Virus record (IMG/VR): IMGVR_UViG_3300025141_000042 | Location: 1-64,000 of that record | Direction: 5' to 3' (one strand) | Source: a virus | DNA length: 64,000 nt | In this document: positions 27,943 to 39,361 of the stretch, one piece after another | Layout: each line of letters starts with the position of its first letter | Position numbering within the stretch: position 1 is the stretch's first letter | Position numbers and translations under genes: made by a program | The notes under the pieces: generated by a model | What the model was told of the DNA's origin: nothing | Seen by the model: only the letters and a program-made list of their open reading frames with translations | Databases searched by the model: none

Positions 27943-29229
27943 CTATACGCTTTCCCTTTTCTCTTCATTTCTTTGGGTTAACTCTTTGTAGCACCTTTTA
28001 ACATAATCAACATCTTTCAGGTTTCCATAAGTCATAACCATGTCCTCGCGGTACATACCTTCCTTAATTTGGGGTATGTACTTAACAACTATTTGCATTT
28101 CTTTGCCGGCCGGTAATCCATGTGACCAAATATACTTATTCTGTTCCTGTAAAAAGTCATCAACACTAACCCTAGACTTAAAGAACAATTCTGTACTAGG
28201 AGAACCGTGGGTGGTCGTGATGACCTCCAATTTTTTCGGTGACTTTCCTCCATGATCTTTTCTGTAATCTCTCACTTTCGCGCTGATGTCCCCCGATAAT
28301 TTAGGTAAGAAACCGCCCACGTCTGCCTTCAGTAAAAATCTTTGAAAGATTGTTTCACCAATATTTCCTTCTTTTGTCTCATGCTCGGCGGCGAGGGCCA
28401 TCCATAGGGCGCGAGAATCTTTGTCAAGAGATGCAATTTTATGTATCTCTTCCGACATGTAGGAATTGAGCGCTTTTTTGGCGCCACGTTCTGCTTTAAG
28501 GCGACTACCAATATTCCATCTGTAAGCTCTGTCTTCCAAGTCTTTTAGAATCACCGACTTTAGATTTTTAATCGAAGATTTGAGTTCTTGTCGTTCTTTT
28601 TTCGATAAACCCTCTGCTTTCTTGAGCGCCAGTTCAGCAGTTGCTATTTTTTGTCGCTCTTCTCTCATATATGAGGGGCAGAGCAAAGTCTTCTTCAGTG
28701 AAAGTTTAATTGTGTGAGGGGTACTCGCCTCTCCATTGTCAGCATGAGAGTTGTCTATCATCTTATCGTCAATCTGATCGCACTGAGGCATTGAACCCGA
28801 TTCATCGTCGATATCTCCGATAATGAACTTAAATTGAGCTCTTCGGCCGGCCGCAAGGCGAGTATGACCTTTCTTTCCAGTAAAGGAAAGATCGTGAACT
28901 TCACTATCTAAACGAGTTGAGACGGTGATAGGTTTTCTAATTCCCTTAATGCCTGTTTCGGGGTGACCTTCGGTTGCCTGAATGTAATAGCGTTCAACGA
29001 CTTCCTCTGGAGTTCCTTCCCCTCGCGGTTGGTTATCGTTTGGATCTGGGGTTTCCTTGTCGTAACAGAAAATGTCATTGATATCCAGTACCACCAAACC
29101 CTCTGCGTTCAAGTCAACACCTTGAAAAGCGGGGTGCTCTGCGGTTGCTGCTGCAATTCGCTCTGGTGTATTCAGGATCTCTGCAATCGCTAGCGTTGAG
29201 TTTTTTTGATTTAATAAAGTAAGTCCCAT
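27943..29229 (-). CDS. Protein with ParB-like N-terminal domain
   Basis: NQPR..GIRKPITV..GHTRLAA. Confidence 0.65.
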   Translation of the reverse strand: MGLTLLNQKNSTLAIAEILNTPERIAAATAEHPAFQGVDLNAEGLVVLDINDIFCYDKETPDPNDNQPRGEGTPEEVVERYYIQATEGHPETGIKGIRKPITVSTRLDSEVHDLSFTGKKGHTRLAAGRRAQFKFIIGDIDDESGSMPQCDQIDDKMIDNSHADNGEASTPHTIKLSLKKTLLCPSYMREERQKIATAELALKKAEGLSKKERQELKSSIKNLKSVILKDLEDRAYRWNIGSRLKAERGAKKALNSYMSEEIHKIASLDKDSRALWMALAAEHETKEGNIGETIFQRFLLKADVGGFLPKLSGDISAKVRDYRKDHGGKSPKKLEVITTTHGSPSTELFFKSRVSVDDFLQEQNKYIWSHGLPAGKEMQIVVKYIPQIKEGMYREDMVMTYGNLKDVDYVKRCYKELTQRNEEKRESV

Positions 29230-29269
29230 AATTCCCTCCTTTTGGTTAAAGTGTTCTTCCTATATGATC

Positions 29270-29298
29270 ACTATAGCAGATCACTTTTGGTTTGTCAA
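29270..29298 (-). promoter_or_regulatory. sigma70-type promoter
   Basis: TTGACA-17-TATAGT with TG extension; GATC in spacer and just downstream. Confidence 0.8.
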
Positions 29299-29352
29299 GT
29301 GTTTAATTGAAAAAAGTGCCACAGTAAGCATAACCTATTGTGGCACAGGGAC

Positions 29353-30252
29353 TTACATAAATCTAAGCCAAACTGCTTTCCCGGTGCCTCCTGTTTTAGT
29401 TTGAATCTTGAAATTGTTATCATCATCAAGTTCTTTCTTGCAATAACCTGCAAAATCCAAATCATTGTCTGAAGTGGAAGAAAAGTGCTTAAACTCAAAA
29501 CGATCCGACTTTTTGGCGTCAAAGACCCCTAGGTGAGTAGCAGATTCTACATTATCTTTTCCATACTTCAAGTTTCCCCTGATTGCTTCGGCAATAACAT
29601 TGAGCATAAAATCCGGATAGTTGTCGCGAATGAACTTCAGTTTGGGAGACGGCACGTCAAGACCATACTTAGCTAAATTCAATACTTTCCTCGCGCCCTT
29701 CTGACTGTCTAGGAATTGCTCTAACTCATCTCCATAGAGTCTTGGCCATTTCTTCAATTTGCGCCCAATGCCGGCTGAACTCTTTATTGGTCCTACTCGA
29801 AATTTCGGATGAAGGTCTTCTTTGGGAATACCTGCTCCTTCCGGTTGGGACCAGACATCAAAGAGGTCATCTATGCTAGCAAGCAGTCCGAGGTTTTTAG
29901 AGCGCTCCGGACTCTGCTCAAAGACACTGTAAAAAAGTGCCTTGGTTTCTCCGTATTTCGATGATGTCGCTCGGCCTTTTACGTTCTTTAAACTAAGTCG
30001 GCACGGTTCATGATCCGGAGATTCAATCAAAACATCTGTCTTTGGATGATCCTTATAGGATGGTTCCTTTCCCCGTAGTTCCGACCACTCTCTGAGTGTT
30101 TCTTTTCTTCCTAGACCCCGTGCCTTGACGCGCTCGTCGGTGGGGTCAAACCCAATTATTTCACATACAGTTTTTCTGGTTTCGGAGTGCAACTTGTTAA
30201 ACTCCCCTGCAAAAAAACCCTCTTTCTTTTTAGAATCGTTGGTTTTTGCCAT
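29353..30252 (-). CDS. Putative PD-(D/E)xK-like nuclease
   Basis: PKTDVL..RLSLK resembles a divergent PD..(D/E/S)xK core. Confidence 0.5.
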   Translation of the reverse strand: MAKTNDSKKKEGFFAGEFNKLHSETRKTVCEIIGFDPTDERVKARGLGRKETLREWSELRGKEPSYKDHPKTDVLIESPDHEPCRLSLKNVKGRATSSKYGETKALFYSVFEQSPERSKNLGLLASIDDLFDVWSQPEGAGIPKEDLHPKFRVGPIKSSAGIGRKLKKWPRLYGDELEQFLDSQKGARKVLNLAKYGLDVPSPKLKFIRDNYPDFMLNVIAEAIRGNLKYGKDNVESATHLGVFDAKKSDRFEFKHFSSTSDNDLDFAGYCKKELDDDNNFKIQTKTGGTGKAVWLRFM

Positions 30253-30345
30253 TTTATCACTTCTCTTTCTTGTTGTGGTACCGTGCTCGGTGCCGTTCTA
30301 AATCCTCACGTGTCATGTAAGGAAAGTTTCTCTTCTTTCTCGAAT

Positions 30346-30420
<75 letters not shown>

Positions 30421-30430
30421 GTCGTAGTAT

Positions 30431-30459
30431 ACGATAACAGATCATTTTTAACTTGTCAA
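30431..30459 (-). promoter_or_regulatory. sigma70-type promoter for the tRNA
   Basis: TTGACA-17-TATCGT with TG extension; GATC in spacer. Confidence 0.8.
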
Positions 30460-30468
30460 GTATATATT

Positions 30469-31866
30469 TCATGTTTTCTTCTTTTTCTTTCTTCTTGCCC
30501 TCGGATAGAATCCCCTTAACCACCTGCTTATGTCGAAGAGGAGGTAGTCATCGTGGTGAAAGTGCTCGCCGTTTGGCATGATTACAATATATTCCTCTCC
30601 TGCTCCGTACCATCTCTCAAGCGGTTGGGCAGTCTCTTCGTGCACCAGCGCATAGTTCAGCGAGTCGAGGCTCACACTGTTCCCGTAGCGACTGCATAGG
30701 GCAGTATACTTCTCTACCTGCTTCCAGGTTAACATCAATTGCTCTGCCATACTCACACTCCCTTGTGGAAAAAATGGCGCGATCACGCGGTTATCTATCT
30801 GTCTATATCTCATTCGAGACCATGATAATCTTTCGCTTCTTTTATGTGTCGTAACATGGTGCGCATCCTTTTCTCATAAAGGGGCAATCCCTCTATTGTA
30901 AGTTCTGTACACTCGTTCTCAATGTAGGTCGCCTTGTAATGATAAGGGCGACGTTGGAAGAAGTCATAGAGTCGGTATGTCTCTCTCTTCTCATCCTTCT
31001 CTACGACAATGCCTATGTCTTCTGGAAATTCATTGTCGTAGAGCAGGGTTCCTAACTCAATTTTTAACCTTCTGTATTTGGTCATCTATTTCTCTTTGTT
31101 TTTGTTTTCTCTTTTCCCTCTTTTGGCGCCACTTCTCAACCTGGACGCCAAAGGCAAAGGCACTACTGAAGAGACCCCATCCGCAGACAAAGACCGCTGT
31201 TGCGTATAAGAAGGTTGCGCTGATCTGGACGGTTGTTGCTACGTCTGATGTCCCTAGGTGTGTCAACGCTGTTGACATAGACGAGAATATCAGAAGCCCG
31301 GCGAAAGAAATCGCTAGCACAAGAGGTGTAAAAATAGGGTAATCGTCGTTGGTCCAAGGTTCTTTTTCATAATCTTTTTGTTTCATTTAAGATCTCCTGT
31401 TGTTGTTAAGTTTTTCCCCCTTGGAAATGTTTGGGGTTAAACCGCCGGGAAGTGCCGCTTCAGTGTTGCGGATGCTTCTTCTGCATCAGCGAGACCCTTG
31501 GTCAACAGTTTCAGTTCCTCTAGTATATCTGAGTGATCAGCAACTGCCAATGGTTCGTTCAGGTATAGTGTTAATGTGGCCCGGTACTTTTGTGCTTCCG
31601 CATCATAATGTGCCACGAGGGCATCTAAGAAAGAATTACTTGCCATGCACTAAACTCCTTTTTGTTCTCGGGTCAAGTTTCCCGAGGGTGTTAATCTTCT
31701 CTTTCAATTTCTTGCTCTTCGCTCTTGCTCGCTGCAACTTCATTTGGCAGTCTTCAAGCGTTTCTAATAAATTCATAATGTCAACATAACTCGAAATAGG
31801 ATGCTTTTTTATTTCCTTTATTTCCCTCTTTTTGAGAACCTTGGGAAAAGCATTTGTTTTGCTCAC
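30469..31866 (-). CDS. Cluster of small genes (30469-~30750, 30810-31085 SH3-like, 31057-31386 two-TM, 31437-31646, 31636-31866)
   Basis: Consecutive overlapping ORFs downstream of promoter 31885-31913. Confidence 0.65.
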
Positions 31867-31884
31867 TGCATACCTCCAACCCTA

Positions 31885-31913
31885 ATCATAGCAGACTGCT
31901 CTGCTCGTGTCAA
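31885..31913 (-). promoter_or_regulatory. sigma70-type promoter
   Basis: TTGACA-17-TATGAT with TG extension. Confidence 0.8.
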
Positions 31914-32011
31914 GTATTTATTTGGTGTAACCTATAATTTAAATATCGCTATGACGCAGAACATGATAGACAGAGAATATCCTATTGCCAGTATTGCTAG
32001 TACCAGTTCCA

Positions 32012-32920
32012 TTATTCGCTTCTCCTCGATACTTTCCCAGAGGAGATATCATAAGAAAGGGATGCCTCTGGACTTCTGCCCTCGATAGTGCCGGTGTCTG
32101 GATCTATCGCTGTAAACGCATATCCGCCTGGTGCCATACCCTGTTGCTTCCTCGTGTTCGCATCCAGTGTGCAATCACAAGCAAAGTGGGGGATGTCGTG
32201 GCGGGCGATGAACTTGTGACCGGTAGTTTGACTATCGTGACCGTGGACAACGTAGTTGATATCCACGGTCTTAAGGGTGGATGCGCCAACCTCAGTAAAT
32301 TGATAAGAACTATTCCTATACTTGGTCCTTATAAGGACACCAAGAGGACCATGGTAGAAATTATGGAGGGCCAATCTGCACCATTCCCTGTGTCGCATCA
32401 GTGATGGAAAGTTATCGGGAGTCTCGTTGTTAAGAATCTCTGAAAGTTTCATAGCAGATGCATCATCAACTCCCGCATGAACAAAAAGAAACTCCCCATC
32501 TCTATGGAAGAGTTCCATGTCTTCAAAGAACCAAGCATACTCTCCGCCTGGATAGAGAAATATCTCTCTTGCTCTCTCGATGCCCTCGCACTCTGCCAGG
32601 AATGGTCTAATGCGGTTCGCCCAACGGGGAGGTGTGAAGATCGTCGCAAACCTACTGAAAGGATCACCCTTCTCTTCCCAGTTTTGAAGAACCATGAGCA
32701 TCCTTATGTCGTGGTTTCCTGCCAAGATCTTCACCTCTACTTCTTCTGAAAGTTCTTTTATCCTATCCAGAAGTCCTAGGTTACTCGGTCCCTTATCTAG
32801 GCAATCTCCGCCTATCAGGTACAATGCTGATGGGTCTGTGCAGTGTTTTAGAGAGTTCTCGAAGGCCTGTGGGTCAGCATGCAAATCAGCAAAGAAGTAA
32901 ACCTTTCGAGATAATCGCAT
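32012..32920 (-). CDS. Calcineurin-like metallophosphoesterase
   Basis: DLH, GDCLDKG, GNHD, HAG and GH motifs. Confidence 0.9.
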   Translation of the reverse strand: MRLSRKVYFFADLHADPQAFENSLKHCTDPSALYLIGGDCLDKGPSNLGLLDRIKELSEEVEVKILAGNHDIRMLMVLQNWEEKGDPFSRFATIFTPPRWANRIRPFLAECEGIERAREIFLYPGGEYAWFFEDMELFHRDGEFLFVHAGVDDASAMKLSEILNNETPDNFPSLMRHREWCRLALHNFYHGPLGVLIRTKYRNSSYQFTEVGASTLKTVDINYVVHGHDSQTTGHKFIARHDIPHFACDCTLDANTRKQQGMAPGGYAFTAIDPDTGTIEGRSPEASLSYDISSGKVSRRSE

Positions 32921-32924
32921 TGGC

Positions 32925-33803
32925 TTACCCCTCTCGAAGTTGGCCAATGGCATTCCTGAGTTTCTGGAGGTTTGATAGGTTGCTTTTCTCAGGGAATGTC
33001 AATTCGTTGCGGAAGTCAATCAACTTTAGCATGGTATCCATCATCGGATACCGTTCCCCCAATTCATCTGACAGCAAATCCATTGCCGCGACCTGCTTCT
33101 TCCTGGCATGTGCAAAGATATCTCTTGCTGATATTCCCAACATAGCAAAGTCTTCTTCTAGAGACTTGAGCATGCTAAACTGCTTCATGTATCCCCTGAA
33201 TTGCCACACTAACAAATCCGCCTTTTGGAGTACCGACATCTGTGACAGTACCTTTGGCAAGTAAAGCGTCCCCAGTGCAATATGGCGCGCTTCGTCTTGC
33301 TCAATCTTCAGGAGAAGGTCGGACAAGACAGGTTCTATATTCTTCTCTCTCACTACTTTGAACAGCGTCAGTGCCATAGGTTCCACCATCAACTGCATGC
33401 CCAAGAGGATCTTGGCCTGTGAGTCTGCGCGCAAAATAGATTCCAGGAACTCTTCAGCATTCTTTTCAACTCTATCTGGTGCCTGACCAATCATATTCAG
33501 GTAGTCTCGCATCACATAAAAGTGTCTTGCCTCGTCATGTGCCTGCGATGTTGCTGCCATCCTTGCCTCATCATCCTCAGTAATGATGGCCAGGGTAGAG
33601 GAGATCTTCCAAGCAGCGAGTTCGCCCATCAGAATGATACCAAAAATATTTGTGAGTGCTCTCGTGTCGTAACCCGATAGAGATGGGGTGCCATGGCGAG
33701 CAATGCATTCTTGCATATACTCTCTACCGTCCCAGATATTTTTCTGCCCCTTGTGATAAAGTTGTTCGACCTTAAGAATATTGTCCTGTAATGATGACGG
33801 CAT
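32925..33803 (-). CDS. Ferritin-like di-iron carboxylate protein
   Basis: GE..DEARH..E..DEARH duplicated ExxH ligands. Confidence 0.85.
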   Translation of the reverse strand: MPSSLQDNILKVEQLYHKGQKNIWDGREYMQECIARHGTPSLSGYDTRALTNIFGIILMGELAAWKISSTLAIITEDDEARMAATSQAHDEARHFYVMRDYLNMIGQAPDRVEKNAEEFLESILRADSQAKILLGMQLMVEPMALTLFKVVREKNIEPVLSDLLLKIEQDEARHIALGTLYLPKVLSQMSVLQKADLLVWQFRGYMKQFSMLKSLEEDFAMLGISARDIFAHARKKQVAAMDLLSDELGERYPMMDTMLKLIDFRNELTFPEKSNLSNLQKLRNAIGQLREG

Positions 33804-34019
33804 AAAAATTCCCTTCCTGCTTAATATCTAGATCTTATTGCTACCAGGTTGCCATCTGAATCGAACGCGCACACAACCTCGGGATCATGTTCGCTGCCCG
33901 TCTGAATCGTTATCCTGTCCTTGCCGCTCCGATAAAGAATACCTGCCTTTTCAAGCAGTGACTCCAGGAGTGCCTGATCGGTACCGGTATCGACGTCCAT
34001 GGTATTAACTAGTTTGTCA

Positions 34020-34679
34020 CTATCGCGAGTTCCTTCGGAAAACTTTAACATCCTTTTCGCGAAAGGTTCTGGAGGTAGTGTTGGGCGTGCGCCAGTAGGA
34101 TGTAAAGTGTGGTTTCTCGTCCGGACGTGCTGCAATATGCCCAACATACCAGCGTCCATCTTTACAATAATCGTACTCATCCTTAACCTCCGTTATTATA
34201 TAAGTATAATCACGATGATGCCTAGAGGTCTTCCTGCCTTCCACCAGATCACCCTTGGAAAATCTTGGGATGCTGGTAGTGTTGTGTCTCCAAACAAGGA
34301 ACCTCTTGTCAGTTGTCATCATGTCATAAATATTTTTAGCAGGCACGAAATCTATTCCCATGCATCCTGCCGCCTTGTACCTATTCACGGGCACAGAAAA
34401 ACTAAATCGGGTACCATGAAACTCCACACAAGAGGAGAATGTCTGCCTAATCTCCGCGTCCTGTGAGTATTTCTGCTTCCATTCATCATAGAGTTCCCGA
34501 CTTCCCGTAGTCTCTTCCCAGGTTGCGAGTATGTCCATTTGGCGAGCAGTGAGGCCATCATGCTTCTTATTCTGAGTGATGAAGGATTTACATATATCTC
34601 TTGAGTATACATTCGCACCATCATCGAAAACTTCGAGACACTTGAGTAACCTGACGTATGTATCACGCTCACAAACCAT
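34020..34679 (-). CDS. Hypothetical protein with C-terminal SH3-like domain
   Basis: SFITQ..LTARQ..; PRFSKGDLV..WYV..EKDVK. Confidence 0.7.
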   Translation of the reverse strand: MVCERDTYVRLLKCLEVFDDGANVYSRDICKSFITQNKKHDGLTARQMDILATWEETTGSRELYDEWKQKYSQDAEIRQTFSSCVEFHGTRFSFSVPVNRYKAAGCMGIDFVPAKNIYDMMTTDKRFLVWRHNTTSIPRFSKGDLVEGRKTSRHHRDYTYIITEVKDEYDYCKDGRWYVGHIAARPDEKPHFTSYWRTPNTTSRTFREKDVKVFRRNSR

Positions 34680-34688
34680 ACCAGACCC

Positions 34689-34973
34689 CTAGAGCACCGA
34701 TGCTCGCTCTTCAAGATCGATGATAACTTTGCCGGTGTTCTCCTGCATGGAGTCCTGTATCGAAAGATAACCCATGTGTTCAACTATCTCTCGCACTTGT
34801 CGTGCCATGGGAGTGCTCTTGCCAGTGATTATCTCAACGGGCATGCGCTCCTTATCGATGTTCTCATACAGAAAGTTAAAAACCTCCAGCGCAACGTCTG
34901 CATGCCTAACTTTGTGAAGGTCCAATATTCGACCCTTCCATTTTCTAGTTCTAGTTTTCTTAATTGGTTTCAT
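34689..34973 (-). CDS. Smr-domain-like protein
   Basis: LDLH..EIITGKS..NTGKV. Confidence 0.7.
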   Translation of the reverse strand: MKPIKKTRTRKWKGRILDLHKVRHADVALEVFNFLYENIDKERMPVEIITGKSTPMARQVREIVEHMGYLSIQDSMQENTGKVIIDLEERASVL

Positions 34974-35915
34974 TATTCTCCCATCCTTTCCCATGCTGCA
35001 AAAATTAAACCCTCTCGTTTCGCATGATGTAATCCAAATAAGGTAGCGGTAAACCCTCCTAGTGCAGCATAACCGGCATGCCGCCAGAAGATGCCTTGCA
35101 CGTTCAGCATACACGCTACAAACAGGACTATGAATAGGGCCCAGAATACAAAATCCAAATATACCCATAACTTTAGTTTCTTGCTCATTTCATTTTCTCC
35201 TCTGCTCGATACAGGCGTGACCACTCATCACTGAGATCAATTGCTGCCATTTGACCGTATGCTTGTGCCATCAATACCCATAAGATCCTCTTTACCTCAT
35301 CGGTCTGCATGGTATCTGTGCCCTCGTTCATAACTATCTCGCTCAGTCCATTAGCAAACGGGATAGGGTTAACCGGGAATGATGAATTAAACATTGCGGT
35401 TGTAAGGTTTTTTCGTTGTTGTTCGGTCATTGTATTGCTCATATCTTTCCGCAACCATCGCATTCGATGTTGCTATCACAATCTTCTGTTATTCTCTCGC
35501 CGGGCTGTAGTGCTATCTGTTCTAGTTGGAGTTCGAGACATTCCTCACAAAAATAGAGAGTCTCGATACAACCCTGTGCCCATAAATCAAATCCATACTT
35601 TTGTAGTGGTCGCATCTTACTTGCTTCCTAGGCATTCGCCAAAATGTTTTCTAGTTGTTCCTGATCGACATCGAACCTTTCCCAATTGGAAGGCAGATCT
35701 TTCACATAAGAATTGATGTGTCCGGAGGTGGTTCGAGTCCGGATCTGTTTGCCTTTCTCGTTTGCTCCGTTTGTGATGAACACCGCCTGCGGGGATCCAG
35801 CACCGGTATAATGAGTATGAACCACTACCGGGGTTTCATACGAGAACAGGACAGTATGCTTGCTTGTCTTAATCTCAGTTTGGTTTGTCCCGAGTGTCTT
35901 AAATTTGAGTGTCAT
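34973..35915 (-). CDS. Small genes: 34973-35188 (two-TM), 35185-~35442, 35628-35915
   Basis: ORF track; last has VLFSYETPV..TTSGHIN. Confidence 0.6.
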
Positions 35916-35954
35916 ATTTATACCTTTCGTTTTTTGATCGCTGTAGGAATATTG

Positions 35955-35983
35955 ATCATAACATAGAGAGATCACCCTGTCAA
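35955..35983 (-). promoter_or_regulatory. sigma70-type promoter
   Basis: TTGACA-17-TATGAT with TG extension; GATC in spacer and overlapping the -10. Confidence 0.8.
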
Positions 35984-36268
35984 GAACATAATGGCAGTTT
36001 TTTTACACAGATATATCGGGCACTTACGATTGACCATTAACGCTCATGAGAAAACCTAGCATTTTCAACCACTTGCGAAAACCTAGTGTTTCTGAATACT
36101 TACACCCTTTCCACCCAGCGTGTTGAAATGACCTCTGTTCTAGAATCGCAGTCGCAGGTCCATAGAATGCGTAGAATATCGTGTTCGATACCGGGAGCGA
36201 TATCAACGATTATTCCAACGCTATCCATATTTTGGCGCAAGAGTATTGGAGGGGCGCCACTAGCGAGT

Positions 36269-36523
36269 TCAATCTGCCTCAATCGGATGAGATCCCCGCG
36301 AGCGAAGGTTGTTTTTTTTTCGCTCGGAAGGGGAGACCTTCGCGAAGTATGCTTTTAATGAATCTACCCTAGCAAAGACCGGCGGAGTAACGAAAGGAAA
36401 TACCGAATGTGCCAATTGAAAAAAGGAAGAGCAGAATAGAATGGCCGCAATCTTAAGTGCTACGCGGAAATGCTGGAAATACGATTCCCCAACTTCCTTT
36501 GGGTGTTTTGTGAAAATATTCAT
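36269..36523 (-). CDS. Small membrane protein (DUF6356-like)
   Basis: FTKHPKEVGESYFQHFRVA..HSVFPF. Confidence 0.65.
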   Translation of the reverse strand: MNIFTKHPKEVGESYFQHFRVALKIAAILFCSSFFQLAHSVFPFVTPPVFARVDSLKAYFAKVSPSERKKNNLRSRGSHPIEAD

Positions 36524-36548
36524 CCTCTTTTTCAATCCTTCAAACTCT

Positions 36549-36722
36549 TCAGAGTTTCTTTGCACTCTCAGCATCCACCGTCACCTTCCAGGATGGACCC
36601 AGAACTACGACCTGATTTGCCTCTTCATGGATCTCAACAACTATGCCAACGCGGGTAGTCTCAGCAAAAGTGATCTGTACCATATCGCCCTCCCGCAGTG
36701 GGGGTTCGTGTTCGTTGGGCAT
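36549..36722 (-). CDS. Small SH3/KOW-like protein
   Basis: SD AAGGAG; REGDMV..VGIVVE. Confidence 0.6.
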   Translation of the reverse strand: MPNEHEPPLREGDMVQITFAETTRVGIVVEIHEEANQVVVLGPSWKVTVDAESAKKL

Positions 36723-36726
36723 CTCC

Positions 36727-38055
36727 TTAGTCGTCGGTTCCGAATTTCTCTTTAAGTTGATAAAAAATTCGAATGAAATTGAGATATACTGCGAAACCAT
36801 TGATGGCCAATAGTGCCGAAATGAATGTAACATGCATGATGCTGCCAGATCCATGCTCAAATAACATGAGAAGTATCTCAAGGGTCAAGAATGTGCAGAA
36901 TAGACTTATTGCCAGCATAAGAAATGCCCATGGCAATCGAAGTTTTTCTGAATTTATAAATTTCTTAATCATCTTTTTGTAACTCTCCTTCTTGTGAACA
37001 ATAAGTAGTTTTTCATTCTCCTAGAAGACCACTTATTCCCTTTTCGTTGTTGCGCTGCTCTCGCAGAAGTTCGTTGTGCCGATCCAGATCGAAGTCTAGA
37101 TCATCAAGGCACACGCTATAGTGGCCATCACCATAAATCGCTGCCAGTTCGTGCCAGCATCTGAGTGCTGGGTAGTTCTCACCAAACTTCTCCTGAAAGA
37201 TAATCGAACTTAAATCCGCGTAGTCTGGATGCTCCAGTACGACAGTGACTGTGTAATATGGGATTCCCATTATTGTACCTCTTCTTGTTTCTTCTGCTTT
37301 CGCTCTTCTATAAGTTTCTTTGCCTCATCTACCATGCTATCCATATTGTTAGCATAGGGGATGACGCGACGATCAAAACTGAATATGTTTCTCTCTCCGT
37401 TTGAGAAGAAAAACTTTATAAGGTCATCTTCTGAAGAGAGGGGGCCCAGTGCCATCTCCTCTTTGCCCAGATAAGCGACCATTTCGTTAGTTTTATTTGC
37501 CTTCTTCGACATTCACAATACTCCCTGTTATTACTCTCTTCACTAAAATTGTGCCGGTATAGAGAATGGCAGCGTAGCAGTATGCTACGAGCATTATCTT
37601 CCTTGCTTTCTTTGCAATGGTCATAGCAGTGCCTAGACCTCGTTGCCGTCGTTCCAGTTAACCGAAATCCATCGATTCTTGCTGCTGTTACTGGAGGTGA
37701 TAAAGGTACCAGGAAGCAGTCTCCTGACCTCGATGAGCGTTGGGGCAAGGTACATCGCATCTAGAGGAGTCATATCATATTTGTAACTCCAGTCACCTGA
37801 ATCTGCTGCCAAGAATACCCATTCTGCGATGATGGCACCAATCTGCTGTGCCTTCCTGTCAATCAACTTCTGACTCTCCGGAGAGATGTAGTTTTTTTGG
37901 TGCGTCTGAAGGGCGCGGGCCCTTCTGACCATCTTTTGCAACTCTTCCCTCTCTACAATATTTTCTCCGATACCTTCAGGTAAGTCGTGGACCTCCTCTG
38001 GTTCGAAATCCACATACCCATCAAACAATTTGGTAGAATCACTTCCGCTAATCAT
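36727..38055 (-). CDS. Small genes: 36727-36972 (two-TM), 37013-37270, 37270-37512, 37633-38055
   Basis: ORF track with SD sequences. Confidence 0.65.
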
Positions 38056-38059
38056 AATC

Positions 38060-38380
38060 TTAACCTTTCTGTGTTGTTTTGCTTCTCTTGTTGTGTTGAA
38101 ACTTTTCCTCAATCCCCCGAAGACGTGCTCGCAAGTTTGCCGTAATCGTGAGCATTCGGCGGATTGATTTGGGCGTTTCAGTTGCCGCTGGAGTTGAACG
38201 AATAGCATTGAGATCATCTCTCAACTCTTGCGATTGCGCAAGTTCCACTATGTCCCTCAACTCTCCCTCTATGATGCCAATATTGTTCCCATACAAGCGC
38301 TCATGGCCTGCGACGTTCACAGTAGCAGCATCTACTTCTTCTTTTATTATTTTTAGTAATCTCATCTTAGTGGTTGTCAT
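38060..38380 (-). CDS. Hypothetical protein with class-D leader (LLKIIKEE)
   Basis: MTTTKMRLLKIIKEEVD. Confidence 0.7.
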   Translation of the reverse strand: MTTTKMRLLKIIKEEVDAATVNVAGHERLYGNNIGIIEGELRDIVELAQSQELRDDLNAIRSTPAATETPKSIRRMLTITANLRARLRGIEEKFQHNKRSKTTQKG

Positions 38381-38985
38381 TCGGAATCTCCTTCGTTGGA
38401 TTCAATAATCATATCCCAGTGACCGGTTGCTTCATCATTGGCAGATGTCGTTGTGGTAAAATCTATGCGGCGGCCATTGGGGACACCTTCTAGTTCAGAT
38501 ATCCGAATTTCGGTACGACTTCCAATATCATCATACTCCCATTCTCCTGGCAGCCTGCCAGAGCAAACTATGGTACCGACATGGAATTCCCCGCTTGCAT
38601 GCGCAGCAGACATAGAAGATCCCAGAAACCGATGAACTGCGCCTGGTGCGAGTTGATCGCTACCGAGTCCGCCATTCACTTGCAGGAGTGCCATCGCAGC
38701 ACCAGAGGCTGTCGTGACATTGATCTCCACTTCAGCATATTCTTCATCGTTGAAACCCCTGACATAAGACGGTGTTGTATCTAGGGATGTCACATCGCCG
38801 ATATTGGCGCGCAGACTAGTGTCGAAAATATCCACGAAATGGTCACCTGAGTTAGAGTGGAAACCGTAGTCATAGTAACTCATCATGCTTGATTGTTCTA
38901 CGGTGTCATCGTATTCTCTTTGTGACAGGCATCCGGAAAAGACCATAAGGCCTATAACAGATAGCATAAATTTAAACTTTATCAT
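38377..38985 (-). CDS. Putative lipoprotein
   Basis: MIKFKFMLSVIGLMVFSG-C lipobox; SD GAGGA. Confidence 0.75.
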   Translation of the reverse strand: MIKFKFMLSVIGLMVFSGCLSQREYDDTVEQSSMMSYYDYGFHSNSGDHFVDIFDTSLRANIGDVTSLDTTPSYVRGFNDEEYAEVEINVTTASGAAMALLQVNGGLGSDQLAPGAVHRFLGSSMSAAHASGEFHVGTIVCSGRLPGEWEYDDIGSRTEIRISELEGVPNGRRIDFTTTTSANDEATGHWDMIIESNEGDSE

Positions 38986-39004
38986 AAAATCCTCTTTTTT
39001 TTCT

Positions 39005-39313
39005 CTACTGTATGTTCGAAGAGATATAGATTGCCCTTTTTGCAACGACATTGAATAAGAAGTCTGCATAACGATACTTGCCTGACTCTCCGACCTCAGA
39101 TACATACTGCTTCCACATGACCCAGGCATCCATATAATCTTGCATTGTTGTGGATGCTTCAGTAAAGGGTAAGATCTTGCCCTCATCAGACAACTCGTTA
39201 ATGAGTTCTGCCATGTTCGCCATCGATTGTGTATTGAAGTCTCCATAATCATAATCATCATCATCGTATGTATGATAAGTGAAAGAACCAGAACTCTCAT
39301 TGTTATCTGACAT
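39005..39313 (-). CDS. Acidic hypothetical protein
   Basis: SD GGAGG; CTATTTA motif upstream. Confidence 0.65.
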   Translation of the reverse strand: MSDNNESSGSFTYHTYDDDDYDYGDFNTQSMANMAELINELSDEGKILPFTEASTTMQDYMDAWVMWKQYVSEVGESGKYRYADFLFNVVAKRAIYISSNIQ

Positions 39314-39361
39314 TCTTTTTTTCCCTCCGGAAGAAACCATTTTCTCTATTGGTAAATAGTT

